64,000 nt of DNA from Adineta vaga (GCA_021613535.1 CP075493.1:17856001-17920000); one strand, 5' to 3'; positions 1 to 13,673 are shown, numbered from the stretch's first letter. The notes: generated by a model not told the origin, from the letters alone. Translations and numbers: made by a program.

Positions 1-521
1 AGTTCGAAGCCATGGTAGAAAATATCTATAATCTGATGTGTGCCAACAGATTATATGTTAGGCATTCACAATATGACGTTTCTATTTATTAGGGAGATAT
101 GTTGGGCATTCACAATATAATGTGTCCATTGATCAAAGAAATGTGTTAATCATCGTTTGTTCTTCACACATCTCTATATATATATTGTAACCTTGAGCTA
201 GATCGAGACAAGTAAAGAGAAATTCATGCATAATTAATATAGTCGGATGGGTTATGTATTATTACATAGAACGAGAGCATACGAGTGTCAGATGCTCATT
301 TAATGATTAGAAATTGTTATTATAAGAAAAATGAGTATATTGATATTATTATATTATTCATACGTGTAACTAATTATATTATTTGTTATATGTGTATTGT
401 TCAATGATTTATTGTTTGTGTCCTTTACTTTGATTCAAATAAACTTCATTGAACTCGTAACGTCATATTTTATTTATCATCTTTACAAGAAAGTGATTTA
501 TTAAAGAAATATTTCGTTACA
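1..521. mobile_element. Probable LTR (right end) of an LTR retrotransposon, truncated by the window edge
   Basis: Ends ...TTTCGTTACA at 521 (TGTAAC on the - strand), exactly where the CYP4-like reading frame stops. TATA-like run at ~175-185 and AATAAA at ~438. The other end and the TSD are not visible. Confidence 0.4.
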
Positions 522-952
522 TGATGATTTTGTAATATTTTTTGTACGGGAAAAAAAATTCTAATATAAATAAAAGAAGATATAATTATCTGTTAAGAAG
601 AAAATAGATAACAAACTTCAAGTCCAACCGGATGAAAAAATGCAAGTAAAGGATACGTGCCAAGTCATATTGAAAATAAACTTCCATTTTTTGCACGTTC
701 ATAGTACTCATCAAGTTTTTTCGTGAATTCTACATAAAAAAAATATATGTATCATTATAGTTCTATAAGAAATTATTTCTTACTGTGTGAGTCTAATGGT
801 GTAGTTAATAGATCTCCTAAAATAGGTAATTTAGTTGGTGAACATGGAATATTGTTATAGGCTTTTGCTATTTGAATAGAATGGATAATCCATTTTTGGA
901 ATGTAAGACAAATAAGAATAATAAAAATAATAAATAGTAATAGAAATGACAT
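522..952 (-). pseudogene. Cytochrome P450 (CYP4-like) 5' fragment, 3 exons, premature stop, truncated by an insertion
   Basis: Manual splicing gives MSFLLLFIIFIILICLTFQKWIIHSIQIAKAYNNIPCSPTKLPILGDLL.../KFTKKLDEYYERAKNGSLFSI*LGTYPLLAFFHPVGLE/NFFSRTKNITKSS: N-terminal TM anchor, Pro-rich hinge (PxxLPILG) and CYP4-like ITKS motif. TGA at 665-667 sits where Trp is expected. Two GT-AG introns of ~55 nt. Confidence 0.65.
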
Positions 953-3900
953 AAATGTCCTTTTAATTTTTCTAAAACAAAAAAATATATTATAATTATA
1001 ATGATCATATTATAATAGTAAAAAAGGAAATTTAACAAGTAGAAATCAACTACATATTTGTTTTAGATATAATCGATAGTGAAATCATGTTATGTACTAA
1101 TTTATTAGCTACTTATTATCGAAATGTTTGTAAATCGTTAACAGTAGATAGTTGATAAGTTGAAGTATTATTTGTATTATCAACTTCTCATATATAAAGA
1201 AATATGATATGATAGACAAACGACTCTTTACAATTATAGAATTATTTGTTTATTATATTCGCGAATAAAATGATACAACAAAATATTGATATGTATCAAT
1301 ATATATTTTCATTTCAATATCAAATATTTCATACTTTTATTTTTCTAATTTGTTATATGATTATAATTATGTTTTCAAATATCATATATCTATTTTAATC
1401 ATTTTCAAAGAGACAAAATCAGAATCTATCATTGAATATAATATTATTCAAATAAAATCATTATATATTTTTTATTTTACAAAAAAATCTCAATTGTTTC
1501 TTGAGAATACTTTTAATTCAATACGATAAAAATGAACAGATTTATCTTGATTTCTCATGTGTTTTATTCAAACATATGTTAGAATAACTATGTCGATGAA
1601 AAAATCGAGATAAAATCTTGACTGATAGAGAAATTCTATTACCTTCATGGTATATGAAAAATGAATTCGATGAAATGCTTATTTTACTCACGATATGACT
1701 AAATACAGACAAAGTAAGATCACATGATCGATTCTTCATTATATTCTCTAGTTTTCTTTCAGACATACCAATTCAATGTATGGTATAGAATGTTAGTGAC
1801 AATGTAACACATCATGTAGGTTCAGATGGTCAGAAATTTGGTTGTTTATTGGCAACTTATCCTACAGAACGCTAGACAACAATACTTGATACTTTTTATT
1901 ATTCATATGAAATGCGTATACCATGTCGAGCTTCGATATCTATTCATACTACACATTGTGGAAATTTTCTAGTTTTCGAATTATATTCCGTATCATTTTG
2001 TTCAGCACGTGTTTTCTTATGATTATTCAAGAATTATGTGTTTAAATCATGATCAGACATCAGTTAGTAATAGAACGTTTTATTTTTAGAACACAATAAA
2101 CTGTAGTACGAATATTATGTGATATTAAATCAAGGGAATGGAAATTTAAATCTCATTATCATAATAATCTTCAAACAGTTTTTGTATATTTGCTTTACAC
2201 TTTCATTAATATTTATTTGAACTAAAAAGTTGCATTTAAATCTGGATTTTACCTTTATATTATGATTACAGTTCATAATCAAAATATTTCATTTGCTACT
2301 AAGTTTGTGAAAAAGGACAACAGGTGAAAGAGATACTTTTAATTGTAAACATATCGGTTGTATAAAATTTTTGCCATACGAACTACGATTTGCGATGAAT
2401 TTCGAAATTCTATCTGATCAAATGACTTTTTCACAAAATATTCCCGTAGATACAAATTGTTTTCATTTTCAGATTCGATGTTTTATTAAGATATTGCTGT
2501 GACCGAGTATATATTTTTAACAGCCCTTTTCCAATGCATTTCATTGAAATATTTTCTAATATCGATTTCTGGTAGGTAAAGTAGCAGACACAATCTCAAC
2601 AGACATCAAGAAATCAACGGTATCGTGTTAAAACATGAAAAAATCTTTGGTAATTCTGAACAATCTGAAGAAAGAATAAACACTCATAGATTGTGAACAA
2701 ATGACGCATATAAAAGATACATTGAAGGAGATGATTCAATTGACTTACAATTATTATAATGAATTCCGATCTGACTTCTTCATTTATTAGTATTCCTCAA
2801 TTTTACTTTTAAAGAGAATACAAAGATCTGATATGATTTGCATAGGAAAACAAATATCAAATAAACTAGCATAACGGAAGTTAAAGGAAGTTGAACAAAG
2901 ACTTCGAATCTTTTTATTACACGAGTTTTTCTTTGAATGTTCTTTAATATAGAATGTTTTTATTATAATCTCGTGGATAAGAATGAGATAAACAGTTTTG
3001 TGTGTTACGACATAGAAGTTATCAGTCCTATTTCATCTGAAGTGTTGATTTATGTCGTTACAATCATTATCTTATAAAAATTTCATCCATATATACTTTT
3101 TCTAATCAAAAAGTATTTAATTTAGGTGCATGAAGTGAAATTTTTATTCGAAATATAATTAATCGCAATGAAAATGACTCAAATGATATTGAAAATATTG
3201 ATTTAGTTGACAATTACTGGTCAACAACAATCGATACAACTGTAATACTATCCCTTATAAATGTAGAGTTTCACAGGAAATGATAATCTTTCAAAATATT
3301 GAATCTATGAAATATTGAAGATAAAATTTATGATTAGATGTAATTCAATATATATCAATGAAATAGTCAACATTGTATCTCTATAATCAACAGATGAAAA
3401 TAGATCAAAATTGATTGATTAAAAAGAATATATTTTAATTGTATGAGATAATCTATCAAAAGAAATTGTTTTTTATATAATATAAATTGAATCTTTTCTT
3501 ATTGATTTCATGAAAATACAGTTTGTTTATTCAATTGAAATTCATTAGGTTAAAAAAAAATGTTTACAGATGAAAAAATAAATATATTAAGAAAAAGAAA
3601 AGTTGTTTTTCTTTTTTCAACCATATAATAAACAAATAATATAATAATAATACTAAAAAATTCAACAACTGATATTTTCATATCTGATAATAAACAAAAT
3701 ACAATTGTAAAAAATTTTAAATCAAATACATTAATGAATAAATTATATGAAATGTTAAAATATTTCTAGTTTAAACAATATCGATATAAAATTATTTCAT
3801 GTTTTTCTTTTATTAAATTTGTATTGAAAAGAAAATAGAGAAATATTTAATGAAATATGAAAAATTAAATTATTATTCATACAATTATTGATAATCATAA

Positions 3901-4084
3901 ATAATAATATATTTCGAAATATAATCTATATTTAATATTTCTTTTTCTTTTTCTAAGTAAAACAATTTCTTAGATGAAATAAGAAAAAAAAACAAGTTGA
4001 AATATTTCTATGCAAATATTACTTTGAATTATCGATCTATATTTATATATGAATATATTCATTTATTTTTTCTATTGACTTGAA

Positions 4085-4248
4085 CCCTTTCCGGCCGAAT
4101 GTTGCCAAATGGCAACAATTTTGCCGTAGGGGGGTACGGCATTTTTAAAAAGTCGGCAGTGAAAAATTGATCCCTATAACTAATCAACAAAGAATATATA
4201 GACAGATAACTTCTTGCTTGTTGTCTTCTGGTAGCCGGCCGTAAAGAG
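4085..4248. mobile_element. piggyBac-like MITE
   Basis: Imperfect TIRs CCCTTTCCGGCCG / CGGCCGTAAAGAG; right flank TTAA, left flank TGAA (decayed TTAA). Confidence 0.55.
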
Positions 4249-4259
4249 TTAAATAATAA

Positions 4260-6265
4260 ATGTCTATTCAATCCTATAATGATATTTCAACATTTTCAAT
4301 CAAAGATTTACTAAAACATATTTATAAAAAGAAATTATTATAAAAAGAAAATGGTGTAATTAAATTAATTCAAAATGGAAATTTAAAAAAAAAAACATCA
4401 ATAAATATTTCATTATGTCCAACAAATAAAACAAATTAATAATGAAAATTTAATTTATTCAATAAAAACAATTCCATTTGAAGAAAAAAATAAATGATCA
4501 AATGTTTTGGTTATTATTACCAAATGGATCTAGTACACAAGATATATCAAGTATCTCATCGATTCCAAATCAATCAGTATTTTTAAAACGTGTTGATCGT
4601 GATCAATTTGATTTTCATCAATTACCACATCGATCACTTTTAAAATTATCTGGTAAAGAATTTTGTAATAATCAATATTCATCAACATTAATTAAAGCAT
4701 ATGGACCTGGCGCAATATTTCCTTTATCTTTAAATAAACAAAATCTTTATCAATTTAATTATCATTATCAAGGTGGAATTCGTTATTGGTATATAATACT
4801 TTCAAATGAAAGAATTAAATTAGAAAATCTTTTTAAAGAAAATTATCCATCAATATGTTTAGAACATGATGAAATATTAATTGATCCATTATTATTAAAT
4901 AAATTTAATATTAAATATAAAAGAATAATTCAAAAACCGAAAGAAATTCTTATTTTATCTTCAGGAATTTTTTCACAAGGTTTTGCTCAAGATGAAATGT
5001 TATCTGAATCAATTCATTTTGCTTTACCATCTTGGTTTTATGATCATTTTACTAAAAATTCATCTTCATGTCATTGCAAATTATCTTCAAATTTAGGTAC
5101 AAATGAATCAATTGATTTGAATTTATATAATGATAAAAATATTCAAGAATATATTCAGAAATATCTTCAAATCAATATATATCAAAGTATTTTTCTTTTT
5201 ATTTAAAAATATTTTTTTAAAATTTATTTTATTTAGATGAAGATTCTAAATCAGATACAGATATAACATGTGATGATAATAATACCAATGAGTAAGTTTT
5301 ATCTAAAAACATATTTCAATGAATGAAACGAATTTTTAGAGATGATTTCTTAATGAATATTTTTGATGAATCAATTGATATAATGAAATACTCACAATTT
5401 GATAATGAAACAGATTTCAATGAATTATGTTTATCAGAAGATCTTTTCGATGATATTTTTATGGACAATAATCAATCTGAACCATTAAATACAACTGAAA
5501 CACCGCCATCACCATCAAATAATCAATTAACAAATCAACAAATTCATTTGAAAAAGAAGAAATTTTCGGTAAGTTTACTTAACTTAATTGTTCTTTATAT
5601 TTAGAATATTATTTTAATAAATAGAGAATAATTGATCGAAGTAAATTCATAATTACAACAAATGATAATCAAAGTGAAATTGATGTAAATAAAATCTTAT
5701 ATTTATCAAATCTAAGTGAACAAATATCAAGAAATGAACTTCGAAATTATTTTATTGGTTCAACAAAAATTATTTTAAAACAAAGTCGATTGCCACCATA
5801 TCTGAATTATGCATTTATATTTCATCGTACACATATTCAAGCTGAATTTAATCGAAAAAAAGTAATTCATTCTTCATGTTTTGGATCAAATTGTAAAATA
5901 AAATTTATTAAAAATCTATCTGAACTTTCAAATGAAAATAAATGTGATGAAAATTGGAATATTGTTATTAAACAAATACCTGAAAATGTTACTGAAAATG
6001 ATTTAAAAAAATTATTTTTTAATTCTAATCAAATTAAATATATCCCGTCAAGAATGGTTCAAAAATCAAATACAAATTATAAAACTTTACCTGGGTAAAA
6101 TTTAAATGTAAATATTTTAATTATTAATTTTTTTTATTATTTAGATTTGCATTTTTATCCTTTACAAATATTGAACAAGCTCATGAAGTTATGAAAAATG
6201 CTCATGAATATCAAATAAATAATCAACCATTGATGTTATCTTATCATAATACAATGAATATTTAA
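4260..6265 (+). CDS. KDM4/KDM5-like JmjC domain (Fe-ligand residues degenerate) fused to two RRM domains; 5' part has frame disruptions
   Basis: ORF 4478-5206 has JmjC-like motifs (GAIFPLSLNKQNLYQFNYHYQGGIRYWYII; IIQKPKEILILSSGIFSQGF...ESIHFA). GT-AG splicing (exons ..5186, 5237-5291, 5340-5568, 5625-6094, 6145-6265) keeps frame into RRM1 (ILYLSNLSEQISRNELRNYF...NYAFI) and RRM2 (IVIKQIPENVTENDLKKLF...GFAFLSF). ATG at 4260 is followed by a TAA at ~4340 and A-run frameshifts. Confidence 0.7.
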
Positions 6266-6986
6266 TAATTATTATTCGATTCGATATAGTTGCTAATAAA
6301 CAATCTTTTGTGTAGTTTTATTGTAGTAAAATTGTTATAAAAATTATTTGAAAAATAAATTAGATGAATCTTAAATTTTAGCAGATAATATTTTACATAG
6401 AAAGAAACATTTTAACTTACTATTTTTAAATTGACATTTGATTTAAGCATATTAATTAATTTGTAAACAAGAGATATGCATAGTATTGATTATAATGTAT
6501 CGAAGGTCAAAAAATATTTAAGGTTTAATTTTAGATCTTTCAATATAATAAGTCTTCAATAATTATCTGGATAGATGGTATGAAGCAAAGTATTTAATAT
6601 CTTCATGCAGACAAAATCGATCCATTTTAACATGATGACTATGTAATATAATAAACGTTGTAATTTTCAACGAAGATATATTTTCCCAATTGTTTATGCA
6701 AAACTAATTCTTAAATAAACAGAAATTTCATTTAGACAAAAAGAGTAATAGAACGAATTAAAATGCCATTTAATTTGATTGTAATTAGAGAATTGTAAAT
6801 GAAAACAATAGAATACGAATGAATCGGTTCGTGTACAATAGGTAAAATCATGCTTTCCCATTGGTCCTGAAAGTGAGGTAGGATAAAATTTGGCACGAAG
6901 TCTGGAAAACCTGTATCGCTTCAGATTCGGATCCGATCCACAGAAAGATTTTTGCCTAGGACGAAAAGGCAATACTTCCGTACTCC

Positions 6987-7279
6987 CCCAGGTCAAAGAA
7001 GACGGCGTCGTAAACTGCCTTAAACGGTGGAAAACGATGAAAAAAACGTCGAAAACCGGCGCTAATACGTCGCCGTAATCCGGTAACCCAGAAATGTATA
7101 GAAATACGGTATAAAAAGATGGTCGTTTCATAGCAAGAAACGACCGAAAACGGCAGTCGTAATCCGGAGTAACGGATTACAGTGAAATAGGGTGCAAATT
7201 CGGGCAGTAAATTGCCGTTTTCTAACCGTTTCCGGTCGTTTAAAGCGCCGTTTCCGACCACCGGAATGATCGACCTGGG
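6987..7279. mobile_element. Non-autonomous CMC/EnSpm-type MITE
   Basis: TIR CCCAGGTC...GACCTGGG with a 2-bp TSD (CC/CC); GC-richer interior full of AAACGG/CCGT motifs. Explains spurious ORFs 6694-7261. Confidence 0.6.
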
Positions 7280-8733
7280 CCAGCACTCCTAAGCTATTTC
7301 AGAACATATTAGAATAAAATCAGAACATTATATAGTATTGTTGGAGTGTCGTTTTTCTCCTAGGAATCGATACTTTTATAAAGAAGCTTCCATTCTGAGC
7401 AGTAAGCTGCGAACTTAAAGTAGTGCAGAAATTGCCTTTTGACTACAATAACCCCGCAAAACATACCCATTTTGTAGAGAGTGAAATTCTGCATTGAATG
7501 TTATATGTTGGGACATGTCTTAAAGAAATTTTCTATTTAAAGCATTTAAAACACGACTTTCAGATAGTTTAAAATTTTATTTCTTGATTAAAAAGTTCTT
7601 TTCGTGTGAAATGAATGCCAAATTTGTCATCAGCATTAAAACTGTATCTGGTCGTCTATTTAGAACTTAAGAGTTGTTTTCGATAATCTTTCATCACATC
7701 TCGAAGAATTGATGGGCTCGTCCATCGAAAACCTGTATTGTATTAAAGATTCTTCTCTACCAAGTAGATCAAAACACAACAGACACCAATCTATAGCATA
7801 AAACAATTGTTTTTCCATTTTCAATATTGACTTATATAGAACTTTCTCGTTGTCTCATCGATTTTTAATTAGATTTTCAAATTACACTCGACGTAGTATA
7901 AAAACACTTGCGCAACGAATTTCATTAGAGAAGTTCCGTATGAAGCCTTAGATATTGCACTACTTATAAAAAATTAAAAAATTAAAACTTACTTTAGAAT
8001 GTAACGGATATGCGAATTTGTCTCATAAATTAACAAAATAAAGCATGAATAACGATAAAAGGAGGCTAATATACTATTGAGAACAGATGAGAGAAAAAAG
8101 TATAGCATGTATGAAGACAATAATAAATACGTCATAACCATTAAGTGTGACGGTTATATATGTGTACTTACTTATATCCCCAGGAAAAGTAGTGTATCAA
8201 TGATAACTAGGCATGCATCAGCATAGTCCGACTGGAATTTGGTGCATGCCTACCTCTTTCGTCCTACCAAAGAAACCTATAACTCAACTTTAGTTAGAAA
8301 TACAAACTATAAAAGAGGTTTCAAAAATAGGACTCAAAGAAGAGAATAAGCGGATCTTGAATTCTATAAAGTCTATTGGATCTTTTTAGATAGTAGGATT
8401 TGCTATTCTCTCCTTTGGATTCAAATATAGAACTATAGAAGGTTTCAGGCGTTGCTAAAATCTGTAATGATTCACAACGGCGTCTTTTTTTACAGAGTAG
8501 GTATCGATGTAATGAATTCATATTTGTAGAGAAAATAGCAATCGTATACTGCTGTAAAATCACCTTTCAGTGTTTGATTTCCGTGAGTTTTAAATTATCT
8601 AAATTCATTTTAAATTAATAAATCATCAATCAATTTTTCCTTTTTGTATCATTCATATCTTGATATAATTAATTTTATTAAAAGAGCAAATAAGAAATAG
8701 AAATTTGAATCATAAATGTATCAATCACGGTAT

Positions 8734-9153
8734 CAGACTCGTAACCGGACAGGCTGATCCGGTCCGTTCCAATCTGATTTGTCAGACCGATGAAGACCGG
8801 CATAGTCTTATTTTACTAAAATCTTCTGACTTTTATGACTGCTATATAGAATAATATAAAAATTTTCGAATTTTTGCAAATGCTATGCCAACTAATAGTT
8901 TTTTCTGAGTGTGTAAGTCCACAAATACAATTATGAAAACATTAGAACGTGACATTTACCAGAAAAAAGCCATCTTTTAGTTAATTTTGAGTTGCTAGTT
9001 TTTCAAGATTGAGTTTTACTACTAGAACGGCCGGTTTTTTGCCGGCATTCAGCGGTCTAAGCAAGAGTATAGACTGGCCGTTTCGATCCAATCGAAAAAG
9101 CTAAACCAGTCGGTCCCGTTCGGTCTGAAAAAGTTAGACCGGTTCCAAGTCTA
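8734..9153. mobile_element. hAT-like MITE (old)
   Basis: Imperfect TIRs CAGACTCGTAACCGG / CCGGTTCCAAGTCTA; degenerate 8-bp flanks CACGGTAT / TACGGTGC; ACCGG subterminal motifs. Confidence 0.45.
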
Positions 9154-10651
9154 TACGGTGCTGCAACTCTGACGACTGAGCTATTGAATCTTATTTTCGT
9201 TGGGAAAATTTATGTGAATCCATTTTTGTACATCAAATTAATTTCATAATAAATAAATGCGGAAACTTCGGATTTTATCCGATAGTTATATGTACTACAA
9301 AAAGTGTATGAGAGGTTAATCAATTTAGCATGTATGCGCGTGAGATTCACCATCATAAATGAGAAATATTTTCATAGGCAATATTTCTCATAAGTTATTT
9401 TTGAATAAATTTATGTATGTATTTAAAGGCATTAAGATCGTAAGCAACTTCATGAATCTAAAAGAGATCTATGATAGATGTCGACAAAATCAGCCAGCGA
9501 TCACCTGTCTATGCGGAAGGTTCGATATCATTAGTAAAGAAAGCTCGATCTGTTAATCGAAAGTACATTACGGAATATATAAAATAGATATTGTCAGACG
9601 CTAAATTCTCGATTGTGAGATAGAATTTAAGCTCATTTCTCTTTCAATGGCGTGGTAGTAAACCAAAGGTTTTGGGTTACCACCAAAAAACTATTACTAG
9701 TGATTGATAAATCAACTTTATTGATTCAAAATCGGCAGTAGAATAGAGTTTGATTTGCGCTTTAAGGGTATAAACTCTAGAGATGATTTCAGATATTATT
9801 AAGGTTATGCATAGATGCAGAAAATATATCCATTTTTGAAAAAATTCCGTAAAGAAAAGAGCTTACAATGTGTTCTATTCGATTATATTGAAAATCAATG
9901 TTTTTTAAATTTTATAGCTAGATAGCTGTTAAAAAGATCTATTAGGTGTATTACTTCTGTGAAATATTAATCCCATTTTCATGTACTTATTTGAAAATAC
10001 TGCGTTACGAAATTTCGTTAATATCATAAAAACCGCCTTTTCCTAGATTATTGAATTGTTTTGTGCTATTTTCTTAATAAAAAACATATTCTGTAATATT
10101 ATGACTCACGAGGGAAGGTCACCAACTAGGGATGTGCGATGTCAGTGAATGTACTGAGCAAACTGACACCGACTAACACCGGCGGTGACGGCAGCGCACA
10201 CCGAGCTCACTGACATTAAGTAATTGTTTATTAGATTTTATGAAAAGTAATGTGCTTAGAATAAATAGGAAACGCTTATAACGTAGATATATGTAGTTTT
10301 AAGGTAAATAAGAATTTTATTATCATCATACAACGACAACAATATGATCCAAAAGTTACAATAAAAGAATGAAGAATAAATCTTCCACCGAAATCATCAT
10401 CTTATACATAGAATATGAAAGGAATTTTAATCATATAATTAAAGCAAATGTGTCTTTCGAAGATTATGATTAATCAGATAAAAGCCGGGAGAAATAATGA
10501 ACCACGTAAAAGATACAAGTAACGCTCGTCGAGGGCGACTCACTTTACCCTCGACTGAATTGTTTTACATTAACGTCATATAGTAAAATTTTTTGAAACG
10601 TTTTTTTTTATATCGATAAATTGAAGATAATATTCGCAAGCAAAATAATAA

Positions 10652-10800
10652 GGATGGAAGAAATAACAGTCACTTCACTCACGAGTCACCGTTTCGTTCT
10701 TTCACTGATTCTCACTATTTATTGCAAAGAATAATTAGAATCAGTGACAGAACGAAAAAGTGACTGGTGAGTGAGTAAGCGACTGTTATTTCTACTATCC
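10652..10800. mobile_element. Small foldback MITE inside the hAT
   Basis: ~60-bp imperfect inverted arms GGATGGAAGAAATAACAGTC...GACTGTTATTTCTACTATCC. Confidence 0.55.
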
Positions 10801-11070
10801 ATATTGTTATTATTCAATTAACATTACGAATTGTATGATCTGAAAAATAAGTTTGATGTTGAGCATAAAACAGATTTATTTCTAATTAACACATGTTTGA
10901 TAATATATGAAAACAACGAAATACAACTAAATATCTATATGAATATAACATGAGACAGATTAAAATGATCTTTAAAACAATAAAGTATATAACAATATTA
11001 TGATATGAAAAATTTACCTCTAAAACTACAATTCTATGAGTGTAAAAATGTACAAAAAATTTTATGTTTG

Positions 11071-11517
11071 CTAAACTCTAAAGTCATCTAGCTGAGTATT
11101 TGAGCCATGTTGGAATCCATTCAGCATTGATGATGGTAACTTTCGTTGGAACATATTGTTTTGACTAAAAATTTTGGCCAATTCTATGAGATTGCTGTTA
11201 GATGCAGCTGCTTGTTGATTTGAAAAGCGGCAAAATGAGCGATAAAAGAATGCTAAAATTGATAGAATAATAGCAGCAACAATTATGTAAGTAAGCCAAT
11301 TCTCTTGCATATCTTTTAACCAAACAGCCGGTGAAGCTAAAATATCATCACCACTTTCCAAAACTCTACTGGCAGTATTATGAGTAGCGTCCATTACATT
11401 GCGTAAAGCAGTATTATTCGAACGTAATACAGCTGAATCACCAAGCAATATTTGATTGTTTGAACCTGATCCTGAGATGTATGGACTGACCGATGTTGAC
11501 GAAGTACCGATACCCAT
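11071..11517 (-). CDS. Small single-pass membrane protein with N-myristoylation consensus (148 aa), unknown function
   Basis: Uninterrupted ORF. The ATG at 11517 gives MGIGTS (MGxxxS); TM segment WLTYIIVAAIILSILAFFY followed by RSFCRF. Confidence 0.6.
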   Translation of the reverse strand: MGIGTSSTSVSPYISGSGSNNQILLGDSAVLRSNNTALRNVMDATHNTASRVLESGDDILASPAVWLKDMQENWLTYIIVAAIILSILAFFYRSFCRFSNQQAAASNSNLIELAKIFSQNNMFQRKLPSSMLNGFQHGSNTQLDDFRV

Positions 11518-11699
11518 GATGATCACTTTTTATAAAGAATTTAAAGAATTATTGAGAATAAGTACGGTTAAACAGAGGATAAGTTTCGTTTTATTTTTAT
11601 AAAGGAGAAACTGATTGTGCATTGCTTTTTTGTTCATATAATTGATGTGTATATATATAATATGATGTCAATTCAGTTAGATTTGTATTATCCATACAT

Positions 11700-12400
11700 A
11701 AGAATAAGATATCAAATACTTTTGAAGAAAACTTTATACATTTTTTATGTTCGATTTGAAGTTTTTCATTTGATCTTTTTTTTTGAATAATCATTTCCTT
11801 TCGATAAATATTGATGAAATTCTTGAATAATTTGTTCAATATTAACAATATAATATTCATATAAACGATATTTTGGAATTTTTTCATCGATTAAATAAAA
11901 TATTTTTTAATTAATTCAAATTGATTTTGTAGTATTTCTTTTGAAATATCTTTCGATAAAAGTTTATCTTCATTCTTCATAAATATCACGAGTAAATTGA
12001 ATTAATATTGAATCAAATAAAACAGCTGATTTTAAATATGGACTATTAATTAAATCATATGTTATTTCAGGATAATTATTTATTAATGGACAATCAATAG
12101 CAACATGATTATAAACAAGATCACTTATTGAGAAGATTTTCCATTTCAAATAAATATCTTTTATTAAATTTTCAATTTGTTCATATGAACAACGAAATAA
12201 TGAATTTAATTTATGATAATCACGTATTGAATAGGATGAATTGGATATATTTGAAAGACTTCGTATTGGAGTAAAATGGAGAAAATTATAACCACTATGA
12301 TATGATACTTCAAGACGTGATAATCATTGTGATAATGGACCTAAACATTTCGATAAAATTGTTTGACATGTTATGGAATTTTCATTTAATACTTTATTTT
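11700..12400 (-). pseudogene. AGL: Captured fragment of glycogen debranching enzyme (AGL/GDB1-like), with stops and frameshifts
   Basis: Manual translation CQTILSKCLGPLSQ*LSRLEVSYHSGYNFLHFTPIRSL...SDLVYNHVAIDCP...YPEITYDLINSPYLKSAVLFD matches the GDE motifs KCLGP..W, GYNMIHFTP, DVVYNHTA, YNLVNSPHLKPA (recalled). Boundaries approximate. Confidence 0.8.
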
Positions 12401-13379
12401 ATTCAATTATTTTATTTTTTATTTTTTTTCATCTCGTCAAATTCAGTTTGATCTAAAACAATTGATTTGTTAATTATTCGGTAATAGAATCCAAATCGAT
12501 CGTAATAAGAAACACAATTGTCATAGACGAGAATTGGCTATTCTGTCTAATGCTAATATCGTATAAAGTAATTATTTCTTAGAAATAAATACTTGAACTG
12601 TCATACAGATTTAATCATTTTATTGTCGATAGTATTAATTGAGAAAAATTGTTATTACTATCTAAACCTTTATCATAAAATGAAAACTGATGATTTTCTC
12701 TCTTAACTTTTGATTATTCCATATTATCAAGCAAGTTATCATTTTTCTGTTTTGAGAATTTTATCTTCTATTTCGATGACGCATTATGATGAGTCATTCT
12801 TTTCTGTGGTGTAATAAATAAAGACAAATTTGAGTTGAGAGATCATATTTCTTTTTTTTTTACATTGTTTTGTAATGAATCACAAAGAATAAGACGAACA
12901 CTGTCCTCAAAAGAAGAGAGTTAAAGACTACATAATATACTGATTGACATGATGTTCATCAAATATTAAGTTATTATATGAGATTCCTTTTATTATATAA
13001 TAAGCATTCAGTCACTTCCGCTGAACAATTATCGAAGAGAAATTTGCTATGAAAATTTTGATTATCTTAATAGATATGAAAACCATTCACTATTTTTCCA
13101 ACATAATGAACATTTTCAATCAATTCTTTTAGTCATTTGATGATAAAATATGTTATCAATTCCGTTGGAAATTTAATCCCGTACATATAATTTCATTCTT
13201 CTGGACACTTTCAACCATAAATAAACAATATTCATCATCTCGAACTATGATTGATCAACTTGATATTCCTGTATATCCTTTATACTCGCTTCTGACCGGT
13301 CCATTTTCTGGCTTCGAACTCTGATTGGTCTGTTTTATTATCTCCAATTTCTGATTCGTCGAAGTACTAAATCGAATAA

Positions 13380-13673
13380 TTCTTGTATGTATAATCTTCA
13401 AATTTTTAACTCTGGTCCCTCCCCTCGGCATGGTCCCATTCTACTCTTAGTTTTTCATGGTGCGGGCAGTTTTGAGGAAAATGTTTTATTGACCTTTGAC
13501 CCCCCTCTCCCCCCCCCCCCCCACTCGACCTAACCCCATCCTACCCTCAGTTTTCAATGTTTTAGGCAGTTTTGAAGGAAATGTTTTTTTGACCTGCCAC
13601 AAACATACAAACATACAAACAAACTATTTTCACTTTTTTTCACATACACCCTCCTTTCAGTCGAAGGAACAAT
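13380..13673 (-). mobile_element. Putative Helentron-associated (HINE/DINE-1-like) element
   Basis: On the - strand it starts with the hairpin TTCCTTCGACTGAAAGGAG followed by a (GTAT/GTTT) microsatellite; 3' end not clearly resolved. Confidence 0.35.

Noticed and set aside
3120-3600. Decayed coding-like sequence after a TTTAG acceptor
   Set aside because: Many stops and no family motif I could recognise.
11597-11887. 96-aa ORF as an independent gene
   Set aside because: Frameshifted read-through of the AGL pseudogene fragment.
665-12330. UGA read as Trp (TGA at conserved Trp sites in both the CYP4 and AGL fragments)
   Set aside because: Intact genes here use TGG for Trp, and both fragments are otherwise damaged (AGL frameshifts, CYP4 truncation); ordinary G-to-A decay explains it.
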